Shown: positions 48,403 to 57,412 of the stretch, one piece after another
Layout: each line of letters opens with the position of its first letter
Position numbering within the stretch: the first letter of the stretch is position 1
Assembly: GCA_025963485.1 (NCBI GenBank)
Contig: JAOQAO010000265.1
Span: 1 to 57,412 of the forward strand
Direction of reading: 5' to 3'
DNA length: 57,412 bases
Source of the DNA: Bacteroidota bacterium
GTDB taxonomy: Bacteria > Bacteroidota > Bacteroidia > Chitinophagales > LD1
The notes under the pieces: generated by a model
Seen by the model: the letters and a program-made list of their open reading frames with translations, nothing else
Databases searched by the model: none
Told to the model about the DNA's origin: nothing
Made by a program: the position numbers and the translations under genes

Positions 48403-48451
48403 CCTGCTTTGGGAGCAGGGGGTCCCAAGTTCGAATCTTGGTACCCCGACA
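48403..48451 (+). repeat. attR core (3' half of tRNA-Pro)
   Basis: Identical to 17246-17294; lacks the 5' half of the tRNA. Confidence 0.95.
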
Positions 48452-48452
48452 C

Positions 48453-48486
48453 AAGACCCTCACTAAATAGTGAGGGTCTTTTTTTT
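48453..48486 (+). terminator. Probable original tRNA-Pro terminator
   Basis: aagaccctcacta-aa-tagtgagggtctt plus a T tract. Confidence 0.8.
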
Positions 48487-48492
48487 ATTTTA

Positions 48493-48749
48493 ATGATATT
48501 CTACCTTTATATATTAGAATCTGAACCTACAGGCAAATTATATATCGGCCAAACGAATGATGTTGACGATCGTCTCATTCGTCACAATACAGGCCGAAAT
48601 ATTTACACGAAAGGAAAGGGCCCCTGATTACTTTTGTTTTCCAAAGCCTTTGCTACCAGAAAAGAGGCATATCAACTGGAACAAAAATTGAAATCCTGGA
48701 AAAACCCGGTAAAGTGAGAGAATGGATAAAGGCAAAAACGAACGGTTAG
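48493..48749 (+). pseudogene. GIY-YIG nuclease pseudogene
   Basis: FYLYILES..TGKLYIGQT.D...RL..HN.G....TK.KGP* (TGA where family members have Trp), continues RKEAYQLEQKLKSWKN, then a frameshift, ending TAG 48747-48749. Confidence 0.88.
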
Positions 48750-48802
48750 CGCATCCCGACTTCGGTCGGGAGGGTCCCAAGTTCGAATCTTGGTACCCCG
48801 AC
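48743..48802 (+). other. tRNA-Pro-derived fragment with the anticodon arm replaced by a UUCG hairpin
   Basis: cggttagcgca[tcccgac-ttcg-gtcggga]gggtcccaagttcgaatcttggtaccccgac; both flanks identical to tRNA-Pro. Confidence 0.9.
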
Positions 48803-48811
48803 TTGAAAATC

Positions 48812-48847
48812 AAGCGGTTAGATGTAAAAATCTTAACCGCTTTTTTT
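48812..48847 (+). terminator. Terminator resembling the attL terminator
   Basis: aagcggttaga...tcttaaccgctt plus a T tract. Confidence 0.7.
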
Positions 48848-48921
48848 ATTGCGCAAGTAATGCGCAAGCGGAATAGACTCAAACTATCCCTGAAGACGAT
48901 CGCTACTTCCGTATCTCAGTG

Positions 48922-50556
48922 TTACCAGACAATTTCTGTCAATTTCATATTAAGATTGTCTTTGACTCCCAGACCGAGTTTCCTGCGTATCCGCACCCTG
49001 TGATTCTCTATATTTCTCACATGAGTAGAAAGAACACTTGCTATCTCTTTACTATTAAATCCCGACTTTAAGAGGGCACAGATCCTGCATTCCGTCGGTG
49101 TCAGCGTAGGATATAGGCTATAAAGATGTATGATGAAAGTCCTATGCGCCTCATCAAATTTTTCCCGTATCCGTGCATTCTCTTCTTTTTCCCTGACAAA
49201 GGCACGTTCTATCGTCTTAAGTATTCTTTTGAAATAGAGGCCCGATCCGGGGTCTGTTCTTTTTTGTTCATCAATATCTTTTTTCAATTCGATCAATAGA
49301 TTATCACGCTGCTGCAGGTAGTACGTAGATAGATTTAGTTCCTGTGTCTTATGGTCCAATTCTGCTTTGTGATGTGCTATCTCTTTGCGCCTGAGTTCCA
49401 GTTCATGCATAGTGGCCATGTATCTGGCCCGGTTGGACAGGGTTTCCTGCTGCACCTTTAGCCTATATTCATAGATCAGTTTGAAATGCTCATATTCGCT
49501 GGCCACATCCCCGGAAGCTTTATAGTATTTGCATTTATATTCATTGAGGTCCAGGTATTGTTCGCTTCTGTCCGATTCCGGGATCATTGATGCTGCTTCA
49601 TCCAGGTATGCCTTTGCCTTTGCCATATCCTTTCTCCGGAGGTAAAATTCCGACAGGAAAAACAACGACGCTACCAGGGCCGCTTTATGCCTGGCTTTGA
49701 GTGCTATATGTTTTATGCGATGCGTGTGCCCCAGGACCTGCTCTTCGTCGTCATACGCTCCGGCGATATCGGCCTTTACCGAATGGTAATTGACATAAAG
49801 CAGGTGCTCCTCCGGGAAATTCATTTGATCCATTACTTCCTTGCAATTGTCTGCATAGCGGTCTGCAAGCGCGAGGTCACCCTTTTTAAAATACAAATGC
49901 GCAAGCTGCAGATAAGTGCCTGCCTCCCCCACGCAAGGCTTGCCGGCATATTCTATATGTATGCGCTCCATCAGTTTTTGTCCTGCATCTATACATTCGT
50001 CGACCGGAAGCATATTGATGAGCGCATCATTGAGATTAGCCGTGCATATGATCGATTCCCGCTCATTACCCATTTGGAGCGCTACCGTATTGGCCTGGCT
50101 CAGGTAGTCGATGGCTTCTGTATTCAGCCCCATCTTCTCGCACAGTACACCACAGCAGGTCAGCGTATCCTTTGTGAAAAAGGGGAATTCTATCTGCTGG
50201 AAAATATGCAAGGCTTTCAGGCCGGCAGTGATCGCCTCATCATATTTTGTGTTGAGTATATTCAGCCTGCACCGCAGATTATATACACAGCCTTTCTCTT
50301 CCTCTTTGCCATACTGCAGGATATATTCTTCGCATTCATTGAGCCGCCTTTCGGCATCTCCCACACTACCCCATATCATTTTGCAATACGATACCTGCAA
50401 AGTCACTTCCATCCTCTCATTGAGCGGTATCTGATCACCGCCTTGGTCCAGATATTGAGAAAAAAGATCGCGGGAAATACCAAATGCCTCTCTGTCAAGA
50501 AAGATATTTCCCTCAGGTCTGGAGATCCCTGCTCCCTTGAGTAATTTCTTTGCCAC
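48922..50556 (-). CDS. TPR-like repeat protein with a C-terminal LuxR-type HTH
   Basis: Helical repeats, coiled coil, then LTPTECRICALLKSGFNSKEIA.....RNIENHRVRIRRKLGL. Confidence 0.88.
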   Translation of the reverse strand: MAKKLLKGAGISRPEGNIFLDREAFGISRDLFSQYLDQGGDQIPLNERMEVTLQVSYCKMIWGSVGDAERRLNECEEYILQYGKEEEKGCVYNLRCRLNILNTKYDEAITAGLKALHIFQQIEFPFFTKDTLTCCGVLCEKMGLNTEAIDYLSQANTVALQMGNERESIICTANLNDALINMLPVDECIDAGQKLMERIHIEYAGKPCVGEAGTYLQLAHLYFKKGDLALADRYADNCKEVMDQMNFPEEHLLYVNYHSVKADIAGAYDDEEQVLGHTHRIKHIALKARHKAALVASLFFLSEFYLRRKDMAKAKAYLDEAASMIPESDRSEQYLDLNEYKCKYYKASGDVASEYEHFKLIYEYRLKVQQETLSNRARYMATMHELELRRKEIAHHKAELDHKTQELNLSTYYLQQRDNLLIELKKDIDEQKRTDPGSGLYFKRILKTIERAFVREKEENARIREKFDEAHRTFIIHLYSLYPTLTPTECRICALLKSGFNSKEIASVLSTHVRNIENHRVRIRRKLGLGVKDNLNMKLTEIVW

Positions 50557-50657
50557 GATGTATAAATACTAAAAATAGTCAATTCCGAATGATGTGGTTT
50601 TAGTGTGGTGCCGACAGCAATGTGTTAATTTTCTTTGTACTCATCAAAATCCTTAGG

Positions 50658-53600
50658 ATGAAAAAGATACACTGCCTCTTTATTTTTATGTATTGGACAA
50701 TAGTGATGCTGGCACAGGCACCGCCCCAGGGTATCGGTTACCAGACCATAGTCCGCAATGCTGCAGGCTCTGCCATAGCCAATACGCACGTGGCTATACG
50801 CTTTACGATCCACGATCAGTCAGCAAGCGGTTCAGTCGTCTTTCAGGAAACGCATGCGCAGACCACCAACCAATTTGGACTTTTCAATGCCGTGATAGGT
50901 ACCGGCGGTGGTAGCCTGGCTACAGTGCCTTGGGGTAGTGGACCTAAATATCTACAGGTAGAGGTCGATGTAGCCGGAGGTACTAACTATACAGACATGG
51001 GAACCACACAACTCATGAGTGTGCCTTATGCACTTTTTGCAGGTAATGGAGGAGGCGGAGCTACAGGGGCCAGCGGTCCTACGGGACGGACAGGTGCTAC
51101 AGGTCCCACCGGCACAAATGGGGCAATGGGACCTACTGGACCGGCAGGAGCCGGTATTACCGGACCCACCGGACCGATTGGTTCAAATGGAACGAATGGC
51201 ACTACAGGTCCACAAGGATCATCTGGCATTGATGGCAACACTGGTCCGACTGGCCCATCAGGAGTCGACGGCCAAACTGGTGCAACAGGTGCTACGGGTT
51301 CGGCAGGAAACACTGGACCGACAGGTACAGATGGCGTTACGGGTGCGCAAGGTCCGTCTGGCAATGATGGTGCAACAGGCCCAACTGGTCCTAGCGGAGT
51401 AGGCGGAGGTGCGACGGGTCCTACGGGTAGTGATGGAAATACGGGCACGACAGGTCCAACAGGTTTAAATGGAAACGATGGCAACACCGGACCTGCTGGT
51501 GTAGATGGTAATACTGGTGTACAAGGCCCGTCTGGTGCAACTGGTCCAACGGGATCAAGTGGTGCAGATGGAATGAATGGTACTAATGGCCCAACAGGAG
51601 CTACCGGCGCTTCAGGTATGGATGGCACAAATGGAGCGACGGGGCCAACGGGGCCTACAGGTGCAGACGGAATCACAGGCCCACAGGGGCCCTCTGGCAA
51701 TGACGGATTGATAGGGCCAACAGGTGCGACAGGTGTAGGCGGAGGTGCGACGGGTCCAACGGGTAACGATGGAAATACGGGCGCGACAGGTGCTAATGGC
51801 ACGACAGGTCCACAAGGTCCAGCAGGAAACAATGGAGCAACCGGTGAGACAGGTCCAACAGGTTTAAATGGGAATGATGGCAACACCGGACCTGCTGGTG
51901 CAAATGGTAATACTGGTGCGCAAGGCCCATCGGGCAATGATGGTGTAACAGGAGCTACCGGGGTGGGCACAAATGGAGCGACGGGGCCAACGGGGCCAAC
52001 AGGTGCAGACGGAATCACAGGCCCACAAGGGCCCTCTGGCAACGACGGCGCAACAGGTCCAACTGGTCCTACGGGAGTAGGCGGAGGTGCGACGGGTTCA
52101 ACGGGTAGCGATGGAAATACTGGCCCTACAGGTGCCAATGGCGATACAGGTCCGCAAGGTCCGGCAGGAAACAATGGAATAACTGGTGCGACAGGTCCAA
52201 CAGGTTTAAATGGAAACGATGGCAGCGCCGGACCTACTGGTGTAGATGGTAATACTGGTGCGCAAGGCTCGTCTGGCAATGATGGTGCAACGGGTCCTAC
52301 TGGTCCTACCGGAATAGGCGGAGGTGCGACGGGTCCAACGGGTAATGCTGGAAATACGGGCGCGACAGGTGCTAATGGTGCTACAGGTCCACAAGGTCCA
52401 TCAGGAAATAATGGAGCAACTGGTGCGACAGGTCCAACGGGTTTAAATGGAAACGATGGCAACACCGGACCGGCAGGCGCAGATGGCGCTACGGGTGCGC
52501 AAGGCCCGTCTGGCAATGATGGTGCAACGGGCCCGACGGGACCAAGTGGTGCAGATGGAACGAATGGCACTAATGGCGCAACAGGAGCTACCGGGACTTC
52601 AGGAATCAATGGCACAAACGGAGCAACGGGACCTACTGGTGCAGACGGGATCACAGGCCTGCAGGGACCGTCTGGCAACGACGGATTGATAGGACCAACA
52701 GGTCCGACTGGTGTAGGTGGCGGTGCCACGGGGCCAACTGGTCCAACAGGTATAAATGGATCAAATGGTCCACCAGGACCTGCCGGTGCAAATGGCACAA
52801 ATGGCATAACCGGCCCAACAGGTCCAACGGGTTTAGCAGGTACGAATGGAACTAACGGCATTACCGGTCCAACTGGCGCGAGTGGAATAAATGGTGTTGT
52901 GGGTGCACAGGGTCCTACAGGTCTGCAGGGGCCATCAGGTAATGATGGTGCGACCGGCTCTACGGGACCAACTGGCCCTGGTATAAATGGTAACGATGGT
53001 GCAACAGGCCCAACAGGCGCAGCAGGAGCGAATGGCACAAATGGACCAACAGGTCCGACCGGTTTAGCAGGTACGGATGGAACAAATGGAGTAACTGGAT
53101 CCACAGGTCCATCTGGTGTAGATGGAAATAATGGAGTAACAGGTGCGACAGGGGCTACTGGTGCCAACGGAACAAATGGCATAACAGGTCCGACTGGCAT
53201 AGGCGGCGGTGCGACTGGACCAACCGGTCCTTCTGGTGTAGATGGTACTAATGGAGCGACGGGCCCGACAGGGGCGACTGGTGCGAATGGAACGAATGGT
53301 ATAACAGGACCTACAGGAATTGGTCTCCCCGGTATGACTGGTGTAACCGGTACATCTGGCATAGATGGTATTAATGGATCTACGGGGGCAACGGGACCTA
53401 CGGGCGCAAATGGAACCAACGGTATGACAGGTCCTACTGGCACAGGCCCTACTGGTCCGGCAGGCATAGCTGGTGTTAATGGATCGACGGGTGCTGCGGG
53501 TCCGACGGGAGCGAATGGGGCTAACGGATCAATAGGCGCGACAGGGCCTACCGGTGCTAATGGTACAAATGGTGTGACAGGTCCAACAGGGGCAGGGGGC

Positions 53601-56600
53601 GGAGCTACTGGACCAACAGGTCCATCAGGTGTGGATGGAATGACTGGTGCCACAGGACCTGGCGGTACAAATGGAACTAATGGCCTGACGGGTCCGACCG
53701 GTGCTAATGGAACCAATGGTTTGACAGGTACTACCGGACCGACTGGTCCATCTGGTATAGATGGAACCACAGGAGCGACAGGACCTCCGGGTAGTAATGG
53801 AACAAACGGCGCAACAGGATCTACAGGCATTGGTATTACTGGCCCCACTGGCCCGGCAGGTGCAAATGGCACTAATGGAACGATAGGTACAACCGGACCT
53901 ACAGGTGCGAACGGAACAAATGGTGCAACTGGTCCGACTGGAATAGGTGTCTCTGGTCCATCAGGTACAGATGGTACCAATGGAATGACCGGTGCAACGG
54001 GATCTACTGGTGCGAACGGAACAAACGGTGCTAATGGCATAGCGGGAGCAACGGGCCCTACAGGAGTCGGCATTACCGGTGCAACCGGGCCATCCGGAAT
54101 AAACGGGATAACAGGACCTACCGGCGCTAATGGAATTAATGGCATCACAGGAGTCACAGGTACAACCGGCGCTACAGGTCCCACAGGAGCAAATGGTGCG
54201 AATGGAATCAATGGAGCAGATGGCGCAACGGGAGCCACAGGCCCTACTGGCTCAAATGGAATAACAGGGGCGACGGGTCCAACAGGGATCGGTATCATGG
54301 GACCTACTGGTGTGAATGGAACTAATGGCATCGCTGGAGTCACCGGTGCAACCGGCGCTACAGGTTCCGCAGGAGCGAACGGAACGAATGGAGTGACAGG
54401 CCCCACAGGTGCCACAGGCATCGGTGGCGGTGCGACAGGGCCTACCGGCCCCACGGGCAATGATGGAGCTATCGGAGTACAGGGAGCAACGGGTGCAACT
54501 GGTCCAATGGGTCTAAACGGAACGAATGGAGCAACCGGACCAAGCGGTGCAAATGGTATCAATGGTGTGACAGGATCTACGGGAATAGGCTCAACTGGTC
54601 CATCAGGTCTAAATGGTACCAATGGAGCGACTGGTGCAACCGGACCTACAGGTGCGAACGGGACAAACGGTGCCAATGGCATAACCGGACCTACGGGCGC
54701 GAATGGAGCTATTGGTATCGCCGGAGCCACTGGTGCAACAGGAGCTACAGGCACTGGCATCACCGGACCTACTGGTCCGACAGGTGCAGGCGGTATCAAT
54801 GGATCAACAGGTGTAACAGGTGCGAACGGAACAAATGGCGCAAGCGGCCCTACTGGAACTGGCATTACTGGACCCACTGGTCCGGCTGGTGCAGACGGTA
54901 CCAATGGATCAACAGGTGCAACAGGACCTGCAGGTGCTAATGGAACAAACGGCGCAACAGGATCTACAGGCATTGGCATCACTGGCCCCACTGGCCCGGG
55001 TGGTATAAATGGTACTAATGGAACGATAGGTACAACCGGACCTACAGGTGCGAATGGCATAACGGGTGCAACTGGCCCTGCCGGAATAAATGGGATAACA
55101 GGTCCAACAGGCGTGAATGGTATTAATGGCATGACGGGACCAACAGGTCCCACAGGAGCAAACGGAACGAATGGAACGACGGGACCTACAGGTGCGAACG
55201 GAACAAATGGTACAACTGGCCCTACCGGAACAGGCATTACTGGACCCACTGGCTCAGCAGGTGTAAATGGTACTAATGGAACGATAGGTACAACCGGACC
55301 TACTGGGGCGAACGGAACAAATGGTGCAACAGGCCCCACTGGAACAGGCATTACTGGGCCTACTGGTCCGGCAGGTGTAGATGGTACCAATGGATCAACA
55401 GGTGCAACAGGACCTGCGGGCGCTAATGGAACAAACGGCGCAACAGGTGCTACAGGAGCAGACGGAACGAATGGTGTGACAGGATCACAAGGACCAACTG
55501 GGCTGGCCGGTTCAAATGGATCAACGGGACCACAAGGACTGACAGGTCCAACTGGTTTAGCAGGCCTGCCGGGGTCGACTGGCGTGACAGGCGCGGCGGG
55601 TACGAATGGAACGAATGGAGCCACAGGCCCAACCGGTGCTACTGGCTTAACAGGTGTAAATGGAACTAACGGCATGACAGGCCCCACAGGAGCTGCCGGC
55701 AGTCAGAATGCATGGGGACTCACAGGCAACTCAGGTACCAATGCATCCACAAATTTCATCGGGACTACGGATGACAATGACGTCATATTCAAACGAAATA
55801 ATCTCCCGTCAGGATTGTTGAATATTTCCAACTTCAATACTTCATGGGGAGTATTTGCGATGAGTGGTGCTACGACAGGTAGCCAGAATACCGCCACAGG
55901 TTCATTTGCACTGCTTAATAATACTACTGGCACCGGCAATACTGCAAATGGCTACTCATCACTCAGTGGCAACTCTACCGGCGGCGCGAATACAGCGATG
56001 GGATCTAACTCACTACAGCACAATACATCGGGATCTGGCAATACTGCTTTGGGAGAGACGGCCATGTTTAATAACACAACCGGGCCAAATAATACTGCCA
56101 TAGGTAGTATGGCATTGTCATCCAATACTACCGGTGGCAATAACACAGCCAGTGGCCAGAGGGCGCTGAACGGAAATACCACAGGCGGCTACAATGCTGC
56201 CTTCGGAGCCAATGCGCTCGGTAGCAATACTACAGGCTATGCAAATGTAGCTACGGGAGACTCGGCGTTGCATAAGAATACTACAGGATCCTCCAATGTG
56301 GCCCAGGGCTACCAGGCACTCGTCAATAATACTACAGGCACGCAAAACACCGGCATCGGCTATCAGGCACTTTATAGCAATACCACTCTGGGCAATCAGA
56401 CTGCTATGGGCTATCAGGCATTGTATTCCAATACTTCGGGGGCAGCCAATAATGCATATGGCTTCAGGTCTTTGTTTAGCAATACGACCGGCGCCAGTAA
56501 TAGTGCTTTCGGTTTTGGTGCCTTGTTTGCAAACACAGTTGGCAATTCTAATACAGCCTTTGGGTCATCTGTACTCACTGTAAATACAACAGGAAGCTAT

Positions 56601-57412
56601 AATACGGCCGTAGGTACACTTGTGCTGAGTGCAAATACCACGGGGGCACAAAATACTGCTATCGGCAGTGCGGTATTGGCCGCCAATACTATAGGAACAA
56701 ACAATGTCGGTATTGGTTACGCGGCTCTGCAGCAGAATACAACCGGATCCATCAATATCGCATGCGGTTGGAGTGCATTATACAACAATACCACAGGTAA
56801 CGGCAATATAGCTGTGGGTGGCTTTGCCCTCATGGCCAATACTAAAGGTTCAAGCAATAACGCATTCGGCTATCAGGCTTTGCAAAACAGTTCTACATCG
56901 AATTTCAACAGCGCCTTTGGGACCAGTGCCGGGTATAGTACGACCAGTGGTGCACAAAATACAGCTATCGGCTACCGGGCCCTGTACTCCAATACTACAG
57001 GTCTTAATAATACTGCTATCGGCTACCTCTCAAATGTATCCGACACAGCACTGATCAATAGTACCGCTATAGGCGCCTTCGCCTATCCGGCGCAGAGCAA
57101 TACTGTCGTGATCGGCTCCATCAGCGGGATCAATGGCGCTCCTGCTACTGTCAATGTCGGCATAGGTACCAATACCCCAACCAGCAGGCTCGAAGTAGCA
57201 GGCAATACAAAGACTACCAACCTGCAGATGACAAGTGGCGCTGCTGCAAACTATATCCTGCAAAGTGATGCGGCAGGTAATGGCGCATGGGTAAACCCTG
57301 CGACACTCGCCGCGAGTGCTAATGCCTGGTCGACCAGCGGCAACTCTGGCCTGACCGCTGCTACAAACTATATGGGTACAACAGATGACATAGATGTCGT
57401 ATTCCGGCGCAA
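50658..57412 (+). CDS. Giant collagen-like surface/fibre protein (partial, runs off the window)
   Basis: MKKIHCLF signal peptide; [12 protein letters not shown]...SVPYALFA domain; ~1550 aa of Gly-[19 protein letters not shown] domain; NTAxG..AL..NTTG repeats; same frame at 51015, 55701 and 57321. Confidence 0.92.
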   Translation, partial: MKKIHCLFIFMYWTIVMLAQAPPQGIGYQTIVRNAAGSAIANTHVAIRFTIHDQSASGSVVFQETHAQTTNQFGLFNAVIGTGGGSLATVPWGSGPKYLQVEVDVAGGTNYTDMGTTQLMSVPYALFAGNGGGGATGASGPTGRTGATGPTGTNGAMGPTGPAGAGITGPTGPIGSNGTNGTTGPQGSSGIDGNTGPTGPSGVDGQTGATGATGSAGNTGPTGTDGVTGAQGPSGNDGATGPTGPSGVGGGATGPTGSDGNTGTTGPTGLNGNDGNTGPAGVDGNTGVQGPSGATGPTGSSGADGMNGTNGPTGATGASGMDGTNGATGPTGPTGADGITGPQGPSGNDGLIGPTGATGVGGGATGPTGNDGNTGATGANGTTGPQGPAGNNGATGETGPTGLNGNDGNTGPAGANGNTGAQGPSGNDGVTGATGVGTNGATGPTGPTGADGITGPQGPSGNDGATGPTGPTGVGGGATGSTGSDGNTGPTGANGDTGPQGPAGNNGITGATGPTGLNGNDGSAGPTGVDGNTGAQGSSGNDGATGPTGPTGIGGGATGPTGNAGNTGATGANGATGPQGPSGNNGATGATGPTGLNGNDGNTGPAGADGATGAQGPSGNDGATGPTGPSGADGTNGTNGATGATGTSGINGTNGATGPTGADGITGLQGPSGNDGLIGPTGPTGVGGGATGPTGPTGINGSNGPPGPAGANGTNGITGPTGPTGLAGTNGTNGITGPTGASGINGVVGAQGPTGLQGPSGNDGATGSTGPTGPGINGNDGATGPTGAAGANGTNGPTGPTGLAGTDGTNGVTGSTGPSGVDGNNGVTGATGATGANGTNGITGPTGIGGGATGPTGPSGVDGTNGATGPTGATGANGTNGITGPTGIGLPGMTGVTGTSGIDGINGSTGATGPTGANGTNGMTGPTGTGPTGPAGIAGVNGSTGAAGPTGANGANGSIGATGPTGANGTNGVTGPTGAGGGATGPTGPSGVDGMTGATGPGGTNGTNGLTGPTGANGTNGLTGTTGPTGPSGIDGTTGATGPPGSNGTNGATGSTGIGITGPTGPAGANGTNGTIGTTGPTGANGTNGATGPTGIGVSGPSGTDGTNGMTGATGSTGANGTNGANGIAGATGPTGVGITGATGPSGINGITGPTGANGINGITGVTGTTGATGPTGANGANGINGADGATGATGPTGSNGITGATGPTGIGIMGPTGVNGTNGIAGVTGATGATGSAGANGTNGVTGPTGATGIGGGATGPTGPTGNDGAIGVQGATGATGPMGLNGTNGATGPSGANGINGVTGSTGIGSTGPSGLNGTNGATGATGPTGANGTNGANGITGPTGANGAIGIAGATGATGATGTGITGPTGPTGAGGINGSTGVTGANGTNGASGPTGTGITGPTGPAGADGTNGSTGATGPAGANGTNGATGSTGIGITGPTGPGGINGTNGTIGTTGPTGANGITGATGPAGINGITGPTGVNGINGMTGPTGPTGANGTNGTTGPTGANGTNGTTGPTGTGITGPTGSAGVNGTNGTIGTTGPTGANGTNGATGPTGTGITGPTGPAGVDGTNGSTGATGPAGANGTNGATGATGADGTNGVTGSQGPTGLAGSNGSTGPQGLTGPTGLAGLPGSTGVTGAAGTNGTNGATGPTGATGLTGVNGTNGMTGPTGAAGSQNAWGLTGNSGTNASTNFIGTTDDNDVIFKRNNLPSGLLNISNFNTSWGVFAMSGATTGSQNTATGSFALLNNTTGTGNTANGYSSLSGNSTGGANTAMGSNSLQHNTSGSGNTALGETAMFNNTTGPNNTAIGSMALSSNTTGGNNTASGQRALNGNTTGGYNAAFGANALGSNTTGYANVATGDSALHKNTTGSSNVAQGYQALVNNTTGTQNTGIGYQALYSNTTLGNQTAMGYQALYSNTSGAANNAYGFRSLFSNTTGASNSAFGFGALFANTVGNSNTAFGSSVLTVNTTGSYNTAVGTLVLSANTTGAQNTAIGSAVLAANTIGTNNVGIGYAALQQNTTGSINIACGWSALYNNTTGNGNIAVGGFALMANTKGSSNNAFGYQALQNSSTSNFNSAFGTSAGYSTTSGAQNTAIGYRALYSNTTGLNNTAIGYLSNVSDTALINSTAIGAFAYPAQSNTVVIGSISGINGAPATVNVGIGTNTPTSRLEVAGNTKTTNLQMTSGAAANYILQSDAAGNGAWVNPATLAASANAWSTSGNSGLTAATNYMGTTDDIDVVFRR
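51048..55700 (+). repeat. Collagen Gly-X-Y coding repeat with higher-order block duplications
   Basis: GGN codon every 9 nt (GPT, GAT, GTN, GAN); recurring blocks such as ggcggaggtgcgacgggt. Confidence 0.95.

Larger units (their letters stand above)
17246..48451. mobile_element. tRNA-Pro-integrated genomic island, probably a composite integrative mobilizable element (~31.2 kb)
   Basis: 49-bp att repeats; integrase next to attR; excisionase-like HTH near attL; relaxase and coupling protein; no VirB4/mating-pair genes recognised. Confidence 0.92.

Noticed and set aside
48403..48451. Second tRNA-Pro gene
   Set aside because: Only the 3' half is present; it is attR.
48625..48627. TGA recoding (Trp or Sec) in the GIY-YIG gene
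   Set aside because: TGA ends other genes in the window (e.g. 9103, 16943, 21741), and the gene also has a frameshift, so decay is the simpler reading.
48743..48802. Possible functional tRNA-Pro(CGG), since ttCGGt appears in the hairpin
   Set aside because: The 5' acceptor strand and the first half of the D-arm are absent, and the arm folds as a 7-bp stem with a TTCG tetraloop.
48409..49003. Two ORFs sharing GPKFESWYPD (48409-48627, 48722-49003)
   Set aside because: The shared peptide is just translation of the duplicated tRNA-Pro 3' end; only the GIY-YIG part from 48493 is coding.
51026..55687. 1553-aa Pro/Val-rich minus-strand ORF
   Set aside because: Antisense shadow of the Gly-X-Y codons; the + frame has a signal peptide and flanking domains.
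1..57412. CRISPR array, cas genes, rRNA or prophage structural genes
   Set aside because: No regularly spaced repeat-spacer array, and no cas, rRNA, capsid or terminase motifs recognised.

Overview
Bacteroidota chromosomal window, judged from TAnnTTTG promoters and T9SS cargo proteins. 1-17 kb is housekeeping DNA: a GNAT, hddC-gmhA, a thiolase, lon, DoxX, a hydrolase, a ureidoglycolate lyase-like gene, DUF2167, aspS and a SulP-carbonic anhydrase fusion, with several families of small intergenic repeats. After tRNA-Ser(GCT), a ~31.2 kb island is integrated in the 3' half of tRNA-Pro(TGG), bounded by a 49-bp direct repeat (17246-17294 / 48403-48451). The island carries an integrase, an excisionase-like gene and a relaxase/MobC/coupling-protein module without a mating-pair system. 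It also holds a second module: orphan C5-methylase, second coupling-type ATPase, ArdC, two XerC/D-like recombinases flanking a tRNA-Thr, and an HTH plus degenerate RuvC-fold pair. Cargo includes three T9SS proteins, a radical SAM-DEDDh exonuclease-P-loop operon, a PD-(D/E)XK-like protein and DUF4238, punctuated by a repeated hairpin. Just beyond attR, a decayed GIY-YIG gene runs into a tRNA-Pro copy whose anticodon arm is precisely swapped for a cUUCGg hairpin, followed by a second attL-like sequence. The window ends with a TPR-LuxR regulator and a >2250-aa collagen-like surface protein that is absent from the ORF track because it runs off the end. All family assignments are by motif recognition; no searches were run.
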